A stretch of DNA of 64,000 bases from the human T2T-CHM13v2.0 reference genome, Homo sapiens: NCBI RefSeq assembly GCF_009914755.1, contig NC_060930.1. One strand, 5' to 3'. How positions within the stretch are numbered: position 1 is the first letter of the stretch; every line of letters starts with the position of its first letter. The notes under the pieces were generated by a model. That model worked only from the letters and a program-made list of their open reading frames with translations. It was not told where the DNA came from and made no database searches. Below are positions 48,587 to 64,000 of the stretch, piece after piece. The position numbers and the translations under genes were made by a program.

Positions 48587-51500
48587 GGAAATCACTCCTA
48601 ATCCAAGCACAATGGCACAATGACACACCAGGGAAAAATAATTTTGCATATACTTACTTATATGTAATTCGCATATACCATTTGTATCTTGGCAGCCCAG
48701 GCCTGAGTGGCACTGAAGGAACTGAGGGAAGGCTCATGCCTGGGGCCTCACAGAGCCTTAAGGAGGCAGAGTGAGGATGAGCCAGGAGCACACACACTGT
48801 AAGGGAAAACAGGGTGGCCTGAGAGCAGAGGATGGGTCTGTTTGCTCTTCAATATTTCCTCACCTCCTAGAAAACTGAGGAATCCACAGCAGAAAGAATG
48901 GTTGTCTTGTAAATGGATAAGGAAGAATGCTTTTATCAGAAATAAAATGATGGTCCAAGAAAAGAAGAAAATGTCTTTATGTCATTACCCAGAATGGTAA
49001 CTCTTCTCCTGTGCATACCTGAAAATGTCAGAAGTATATTTCTACACTGACATTTTAATAGATTGTATGACAAATTGAATGTTGCAGGGCAATTCTTGGA
49101 AAAGTCAAACAAACCACATAATCTACATTATTTTTTTACTAAACTTTTAATTCCAAGAAAGTGGTAGGTTAGGAGGAGATTGGAAATCTGAATTCATATC
49201 AGATCCTAAGGAAAAGAAATTAATTTTAACCAAGTCGACAAATAGGAGATTTATTATTTAATTAGTATGTAATTGGAAAGAGTTCATTAGCTTCACAACA
49301 GGCACAATCAACACTTAGGTAAAGTAGTTTATTGTTGCAAAACTTTAGAATATTGGTCTTGCATGTTCTTGGCCTCCATGGCTGCTTTATTAAAATCTGA
49401 AAATCTTCCTTGCTTCTTCTAAAGATTTCTCATCCATGAGAGACTTCCTTGGGCTGCCAGGCTGTAGAAATTTCTTCACCATGGGCAGGTTGCTGATTCT
49501 GGTTTTCAGGGCCTGTAATTCACAATGCACAGCCTCAGAGTGAAGCCAAGGCCTGCCACCACCGTTTATACCACCCAGAAAATCTGAGACCCTTCTACAC
49601 AAAGACCAAGCAAGTCTGTGCCATCAGCACCAGCATGGAGGCAGAAACAGACACTGAGCGAGAAATGAAGATGAGAGGAATAACATGTAGCTCACTTATA
49701 TTTTCCCCAAAGATGTCTTTCAGATTTTAATCAGTTCAGCCATCCCTTTCTTCTTACATATTAATCCTGTAGATTAGTGACTCTTGTATAAGACAAGAAA
49801 AAACAATGTGCCGTGAGATTTCAACACAGATCAGTCTCTAAGCAGAAGTGAAAATATGGGGAAATGAGTTGGAAAGGAAAATGTTATAGAAAATATTAAA
49901 CACAAATAATGGGACCACTTTTGTCAGTGAGAGATACAGTGTAGGGGGCCAGTGTGCTGGAGAGCTGTGCAGAGAGGAACACAGTGTCAGACAGCAGGAG
50001 TCAGAGCCTAGGGAGGAAACCAGATGGAGAGGGCTCTGCTCAGACTGACTCAATGCGGGAAGACAAGGGCACATATGGGATAAAGGACATCCCAGAGAAC
50101 TCAGGAACAGAAACCACATTGAAATAGAGTGATGGGGAGACATGCTGGGCCCTGGGTCCTTTCCATGATAAAAGGCAAAATACTCTTCATGGGGTAGCAT
50201 GCACCACAAATTTCCTTTCCATAACAAAAGTGTTTTCATTCCTCAAAATTGGAGCCTGGAAGCTCATTTTGGAGACTTTGGGGCACTGAAGGCCTGGTGA
50301 ACATTGGGGTCAAAACATACTCAGTCCCAGGTCCCAGATACAAGATCCCAAGATGGGAGATATGGGTCTGCCTCTCTGAGAACTGTGAAATGGGTCACCT
50401 TCAGCAGAGGGAAGCTGAAGATAAGGCTAGAGTCAAGCTCTTCCATGTAGTAGAGAAGTTCCACCAAGTGAATGTCAGCCCAGCTCAGCTTGTTGCCAAC
50501 AAGGTAGTCTTGTCCATTGCTCTTTAAGACGTCGAGAATTGGAGGAATCAAATCAGGATCACATGGGCAGTAAGGCTGGGACCTCTGGTTCTCCATCACA
50601 TGTGCAGTAAGGCTGGGACCCCTGCTTCTCCCTGAGTCTCTCCAGTCTGACTCTCCCATTTCTGCTGCCTCACTGCATAGGTGCAGAGATCCAGACCTTT
50701 CTCCACATTCCCTGTTTCACTGAGGGAGTAAGAAGTGTAGCCCTGCTCACTCCTTGGTTGGAGCTCAAGCTCTCATTTTCTCTTCTCATCCACATCACTG
50801 TGGCATCTACACCACCCGCCCAGCTTGCTTCTTCCACATGGGCCAGGGGCTTAGCACCTGCTGCCACATGTTCTGTCTGCCCCAGGCCCTACAGCATGGA
50901 GCCTTCACATTTAGGACGTGGCTCTACATTCTTCTCTCTCCGTCTCCAATCTCCCTTGGGCAGCGACTCCACCTTCATGACAACACTCTTCCCCCAGGAG
51001 GAGACTATTTCAGAGTCCTCATTTCTCCTTCTCTGCTCTCCTCATTCCCTGCTCTATCTCCCTCGGATCTGAAGTAAACCTGGGTGAACCTGAATTCATC
51101 ATCTTTCTTACAACATTGACTCTGACTCCTAACCAGCACTATGTTATAATTTGCAAGCTGAAGCGTTTAAGGGTGAACTGCACTGATGTCTGCAACTTAT
51201 TATAAAATACAAAATCTTCCTCTGCATCCCACAGTCACTCTCCTTTTAATAAATGCCCATCCCTGAAACACTACAATATTCTCTGGTTGGGCAATTGGTC
51301 TTGTGTCTTCCTACACAGGGTGCCAGAATATTTTCTGATGGGTCACTTTCATCATGTTCGTCTTCAATAAAAGTCCATGGGGTTCCGTAGACTCAACAGC
51401 AACCTCTAGTGTGGTCCAGAGCCTTCCACAGCCCACGTTCTACTTATGAACATGAAATTTTGTTCAACAGAGAATTTAATGTTGGGGTCTAGTAAGTTAA

Positions 51501-52528
51501 AATTTTATTGGAAAATTATAACTTGTGTATAAGTGTTACAATTGTTCCTCCAAGTCTATTTGCATAAAATGCCTTGAGAGTCAGAGTGCTGCCTTGGTGT
51601 TCATGAAGTCTCACTGAAAGTGAAGGTCAGTGCCCCAGGAATGCCCAGCCACTGTTTTTCTACTGGTCTCTAAACTGAGTGATGCAAAACGCTGAACAGC
51701 TTCACTTATTTTTCAAAGGCAGGGAAATAGCGATTTTTTGTTCTCTGTTGGTTCAAGGCAAGCTTGGTGTCTTTATCCTCAGGTTGTCATATGGGCAGAG
51801 GAAGGATCATTTCACCCAAATCTGCTATACCTTCTGTGTACATATCAATCCTGAAAGACAAAAACAACCAAACCGTCAAATGTCTTTTGCCTTAGATTTT
51901 ATAGGTTTATAAAAACCTAAGAGAATAGAGTGTCAGGTGGTGGCAAAGTAATTCACCTCCAGTGGGTGCCTTTTATATTCTAGTCATTATGCTCTGATTT
52001 TTACAGGTATATTAACATTTATTTCTTAAAACAACCTATCAAGGTAGATAGATCTCTAAATTTTGTTACACACATGACCAATACAGGTACCAAGAGCATC
52101 GGTGGTCACAGTCATGAGAGAAATTGGTGGAATCACTGCCAGTACCCAATGGTGCTGTGCCAGGACTGATCATCTCTATTGTGGTTTGCTCTGTGCATGA
52201 ACTTAGTGTGAGTCAAATGGCCAAAGACCTACCTCCTACAATTTTAAAAGAGTCGCTGCTATAGCCATCTCAGCCATGTTCCTCATCCTCTCTCATCATT
52301 TTACAGCTCCCAGGGCTGCTTCTATGCCTCATATTAGCAGTTCCTCCAATTACATCCATGAAACACGTTTCCACAGCCCTCTCCATGTGCTGTTACCCAA
52401 CTCTAGCCATGTGTGACTTTCTTGAGACCCCACCTAAAAGATTGTCTTCCTTGGTGAAATTCTCTACATAGTTACAACCAACGCAAACTTTTCCTCTTTT
52501 GTGTCAAACTGGGGTTTCACAATCCTTT

Positions 52529-58501
<5,973 letters not shown>

Positions 58502-60029
58502 CACAATACTTTTTAAAACAACAGCTTTATTGACATATAGTCACATACTATAATTGTGACTTGTTAAATTATACTATTGAGTGGTTTTTAGTGCATTCAA
58601 AGATTTCTGCAAAAATCATGGCAGTCTAATTCCAGAATATTTTTTATCACTCTGATAAGGACATCTGTACCTTTAGTGGTATTCCTCATTTTTCCACAAG
58701 CCCCACTCCTTTACCTCCAGGCAACCTCTAATCTACTCTCTGCCTCTATAGATTTGCATGTTCTGGACATTTCATATGGAAAGGATCCTATAATACGTGG
58801 CTTTCTGTGTCTTGTTTCTTTTATGTAACATGTCTTTATGGTTTAACCATCTTGTAGCATGCATCAGTACTTCATTCCTTTTCATGACCAAATATCATTC
58901 CATTGCATGGCTAAGGTGCATTTTTCTCCTCCATTTATTGACTGATGGATATTTGGGTTGCTTCCACTTTTTGAATACTATGAATATTGTTATTTGCATG
59001 GTTCATTTATGTAAAAGATTTAGTGTGGATATATTTTTGATTATTTGGGGATACAGCTATTAGAGGAACTGTGGGGTCATTGGTAATACTATATTAAACT
59101 TTTTGAGGAGTTGCCAACAGTTCCATTCAGGATTTATTTGGAATCATGCAGTCTCATCACAACAGCAAGGAGACCCCTTGGCTTTGCTGGTATTGAATAA
59201 ATCTGGCTGCTTCAGCCTTGTATCCATGTGTCAAGGTAACCCCAGCATCCTTGGTGCCAGCCTCTACAGGCACTGCTCAGGTGTTCCAGTCCATATAATT
59301 GGTTGGTAATTTAGGTTTCTGGTCATCATTCTTGGAATTACTGGGACCTGAGATTCAGCTTCTTTGCCACCTTCCGTCCCAAGTCCTTCATCTGCAGACT
59401 CTCAAACATTCTATGCCTGTCCTAAGCTATAGGCTGGAATCCAGTGTCTGAAATCCTTAGCACCTGGAATCATGATTCGCCATCATCCTGAGTTCATGGT
59501 TCATCAGTGTTTGGAAACCTCTGTCAGGGTGCTGAATCCATGGACTGCATCGTCTTCTAGAATCACCCTCGCCTGAACCCTCCCCATGGTCACTATTCCT
59601 TCATCTATGTGGAATTCTGCAATGCTGGACCTCAGCGTACATGCCCAAGGCCCAGCCTGCTGCTGGTCATGATGTTCCTGCCATGGTCCCACCCACTCAA
59701 GGAGGGACCTAAATCACTCCGTGTTATCTGTTGATGGAAGAACAGAAAATATACTGTACAGGACTCTCTCCTTTATGTCTTTCCGATAGAGATTGTATTT
59801 GCTGGCAACGTAGTTGAGAATGGCTCTGGTCTGAACCAGCTTCATCCCATCAATCTCAACCATTGGCACTTGTTGGAACATAAAACTCCCATCTTTAGAA
59901 AGAAGGAAAAAAGGAGAGTGAAATGTCTATGGAACCCACTCTTTCCGTATGAAAAAAATGGTATGGAAATTACTAAATTTGTGAAATGAAAAAGAAATTA
60001 TGGCCTGGTAAGATTTCACTTGAAACAAC

Positions 60030-60335
60030 TTTTTGTTTTGTTTTGTTTTGTTTTTGAGACAGAGTTGCACTTTGTCACCCAGGCTGGAGTTCAGTGGCGT
60101 GATTTCGGCTCACTGTAACCTCTGCCTCCTGGGTTGAAGCAATTCTTGTACCTCAACCTCCTGAGTAGCTGGGATTACAGGTGTGCACCAACATGCCTGG
60201 CTAATTTTTATATTTTTAGTAGAGATGGGGTCTCACCATGTTGCCCTAACTGGTCTCATACTCCCGATCTCAAATGATCCACCCACCTCAGCCTCCCAAA
60301 GTGCTGGGATTAGGCATAAGCGACTGCACCTGGCC
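60030..60335 (-). mobile_element. AluS (paralog of 37984-38287)
   Basis: Same position in intron 3 and same flanks. Confidence 0.92.
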
Positions 60336-60961
60336 CAAACAAGATTTTTAAAAAGCTTCCCGTAGTTCTTCTTTTTCTTAAGAAGCTTCCTTTTACTTTT
60401 TATCGATTTATTTCATTCATGTTTTTATTTCCCCTCCAGATACATAGTAGGACTCTTGTATTTTTGTGTTGATTTATCTTCATGGATATTTTAGGAAGAG
60501 GTTGGGACAAGTTACAATAGGACTGGCAACAAGATGCCATTTAAAATGGGAAGTTCCCAAAGTAAGTCTCATGGTGTTTGTGACATTTAAGGCAATTTCT
60601 GAGAGGTTTTTATGTAAGGGTCCCTTTCTCTGCTCTTCAAAGCCTACAATGTTTGTGCAGTGCTGCAGTGTTACCTTGTCATGCCCCCGCATGAAAGAAA
60701 AAACTCAAGACTGTGGCCACATCGATTTCTCCTCCTTTAGTCTAATGCATGTTCTTGCGTGTCCTTGGATGGGGAGAGCTGTGTGGGATCCTGAGCTGAT
60801 GACCGCAGCTCATTCACGGAGCCCCAGTCATGAAAACAAAGAAAGGGTTTTCTCAGGGCATGGGAGATGATTCCTCTAGCAAATAGTCTGAGAGGTCTGG
60901 TCCTTTTAGTCTGGAGAGAGTTGCCAGACTTGATCACGGAGCCACATCCCTTCCATTTTAA

Positions 60962-61471
<510 letters not shown>

Positions 61472-62307
61472 TGAGTTCTTGTTAGTTTATTCTATTATAG
61501 ACTTGTGATGTGGAATGGCCCCTATCTGGTGCATGGTTTGGAGAATATAAGATTTCTGAGTTTGGCAGGGTACACAGAGGGGGCTGGTCATGGCCATTTG
61601 TAAATTTAGACCTAATTTATTGAGAAAAGTGCATGGGTCACAGCACATAGCTGCTCAATCTTCTAGTTCACTTCACCTCCAGCCTGATCTCATGAATGTC
61701 TATGATTAGGTCATATTTTGAGAGCAGACATCACTGGAGAAAAGGCACTGAGCAGTTCTTCTACTTATGGTGTTGTCATATCTTAGGAAAGCCTGTGTCT
61801 CCAGGTGAGATCAGACCACAACCTTGTGTGTCCCCAGTGTGGGGTATGCCATGGGCTAATGGCCATCAAATATTCTGCCACCAAGGAGTCTCTGCTATAA
61901 TTTATATCACCCCACTTCTCAGAAACTCTGCTAAGGGTGAAATAGGTTGCAGCTGTTGCACAGCTTCCACACTTGCAACTGTAATTTTCTCTTCTGAAGT
62001 ACATGGGACCAATAGGGTAAAATTCTCAATTTAATAAAGGAATTAGAGTCCCACGCTAACATTATTTTTCATGAAAACCTCTGGTTTCTGATGTGGTTTT
62101 GTGGGTTCATTATCACCATTTTCATGTACTGGCTTCTTGACTTTGGACATGTTACCGAAACTCTCTGTGTCTGAGTATGCTAATCTATGAAATGGGTAAA
62201 CTTATGGAACTTATGGTATAGGTTGATATCAAGATTTAATTACAAGGTCACACAAAGCACTTAGAAAAGTAGCAAGTGATAGTAACTGCTCATTAAATAT
62301 AAATTTT

Positions 62308-64000
62308 GGGGGGTGGAGCCAAGATGGCCAAATAGGAACAACTCCAGTCTAGAGCTCCCAGCGTGAGCAACGCAGAAGACAGGTGATTTCTGCATTTCCA
62401 ACTGAGGTACCGGGTTCATCTCACTGGGGAGTGTCAGATACTGGGTGCAGGACAGTGGGTGCAGCACACCAAGTGTGAGCCAAAGCAGGGCGAGGCATTG
62501 CCTCACCTGGGAAGCACAAGGGGTCAGGTAATTCCCTTTCCTAGTCAAAGAAGGGGGTGACAGACGGCACCTGGAAAATCGGGTCACTCCCACCCTAATA
62601 CTGTGCTTTTCCAACAGTCTTAGCAAACAGCACACCAGGAGATTATAACCCGGGCCTGGCTCAGAGGGTCCTACGCCCACAGAGCCTCTCGCTCATTGCT
62701 AGCACAGCAGTCTGAGATCAAACTGCAAGGCGGCAGCGAGGCTTGGGGAGGGGCGCCCACCATTGCCAAGGCTTGAGTAGGTAAACAAACTGGCCTGGAA
62801 GCTCAAACTGGGTGGAGCCTACCTCAGTTCAAGGAGGCCTGCCTGCCTCTATAGTCTCCACCTCTGGGGGCAGGTCATAACGGAACAAAAGGCAGCAGAA
62901 ACCTCTGCAGACTTAAATGTCCCTGTCTGACAGCTTTGAAGAGAGTAGTGGTTCTCCCAGCATGTAGCTTGAGATCTGAGAACAGACAGACTGCCTCCTC
63001 AAGTGGGTCCCTTACCCCTGAGTAGCCTAACTGGGAGGCAGCCCACCATAGGGGCAGTCTGACACCTCACACGGCTGGGTACTACTCTGAGACAAAACTT
63101 CCACAGGAACAATCAGACAGCAACATTTGCTGTTCACCAATATCCACTGTTCTGCAGCCTCTGCTGCTGATACTCAGGCAAACAGGGTCTGGAGTAGACC
63201 TCTAGCAAACTCCAACAGACCTGCAGCTGAGGGCCCTGACTGTTAGAAGGTAAACTAACAAACAGAAAGGACATCCACACCAAAACCCCATCTGTACGTC
63301 ACCATCATCAAAGACCAAAGGTAGATAAAACCACAAAGATGGGGAAAAAACAGAGCAGAAAAACTGGAAACTCTAAAAATCAGAGCGCCTCTCCTCCTCC
63401 AAAGGGGCGCAGCTCTGCACCAGCAACAAAGCTGGACAGAAAACGACTTTGACGAGTTGAGAGAAGAAGGCTTCAGATGATCAAACTACTCTGAGCTAAA
63501 GGAGGAAGTTTGAACCCATGGCAAAGAAGTTAAACACCTTGAAAAAATATTAGACGAATGGCTAACTAGAATAACCATGCACAGAAGTCCTTAAAGGACC
63601 TGATGGAGCTGAAAACCACGGCACAAGAACTACATGACAAATGCACAAGCCTCAGTAGTCGATTTGATCAACTGGAAGAAAGGGTATCAGTGATGGAAGA
63701 TGAAATGAATGAAATGAAGTGAGAAGAAAGTTTAGAGAAAAAAGAATAAAAAGAAATGAACAAAGCCTCCAAGAAATATGGGACTATGTGAAAAGACCAA
63801 ATCTACATCTGATTGGTGTGCCTGAAAGTGACGGGGAGAATGGAACCAAGTTGGAAAACACTCTGCAGGATATTATCCAGGAGAACTTCCCCAATCTAGC
63901 AAGGCAGGCCAACATTCAGATTCAGGAAATACAGAGAACGCCACAAAGATACTCCTTGAGAAGAGCAACTCCAAGACACATAATTGTCAGATTCACCAAA
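62308..64000 (+). mobile_element. 5' part of an L1PA (L1PA4/5-like) with complete 5'UTR; runs off the window
   Basis: Starts GGGGGGTGGAGCCAAGATGGCCAAATAGGAAC. ORF1 ATG at 63339 (MGKKQSRKTGNSKNQSASPPPK), with a 5-nt deletion near 63427 and later stops. Confidence 0.95.

Noticed and set aside
48057-48623. 188-aa ORF upstream of GSTA5
   Set aside because: Made of MER53 and MLT1 sequence; the paralogous frame at 5071 stops after 80 aa.
62261-62680. 139-aa ORF resembling L1 ORF0
   Set aside because: GTG-started downstream half of ORF0; the true ATG (62763) is out of frame owing to a 2-nt insertion.

Overview
Human (primate) genomic DNA from the tandem alpha-class glutathione S-transferase (GSTA) cluster at 6p12, with all gene units on the minus strand. 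The window holds four units. (1) The 5' end of GSTA1: coding start of exon 2 at 1-37, non-coding exon 1 at 4555-4590, and a promoter carrying the low-expression *B haplotype. (2) A diverged unprocessed pseudogene, most likely GSTA6P (6383-28651), whose ATG exon is deleted but whose exon 1 and promoter are intact. (3) A complete 222-codon GSTA5 ORF (33324-42289) whose exon-1 splice donor is mutated (GT>CT) and whose catalytic Arg15 is Ser. (4) Exons 7-3 of a further pseudogene, probably GSTA11P (49390-61451). Insertions include an SVA, a solo LTR12, a complete MST provirus, a MER4-type solo LTR, three L1PA insertions, nine Alus, and MLT1/MER20/MER53/MIR relics; many have target-site duplications (TSDs) and empty sites visible in the paralogs. 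No new protein-coding system was found. The most interesting signals are regulatory or structural: an orphan pseudogene promoter/exon 1 with a co-oriented LTR12 upstream, the broken GSTA5 exon-1 donor, a conserved CTCF-like block in intron 2 of each unit, independent retrotransposon hits at one paralogous site, and an Alu TSD that duplicates a splice donor. Repeat subfamily and pseudogene names come from pattern recognition and were not checked against databases.
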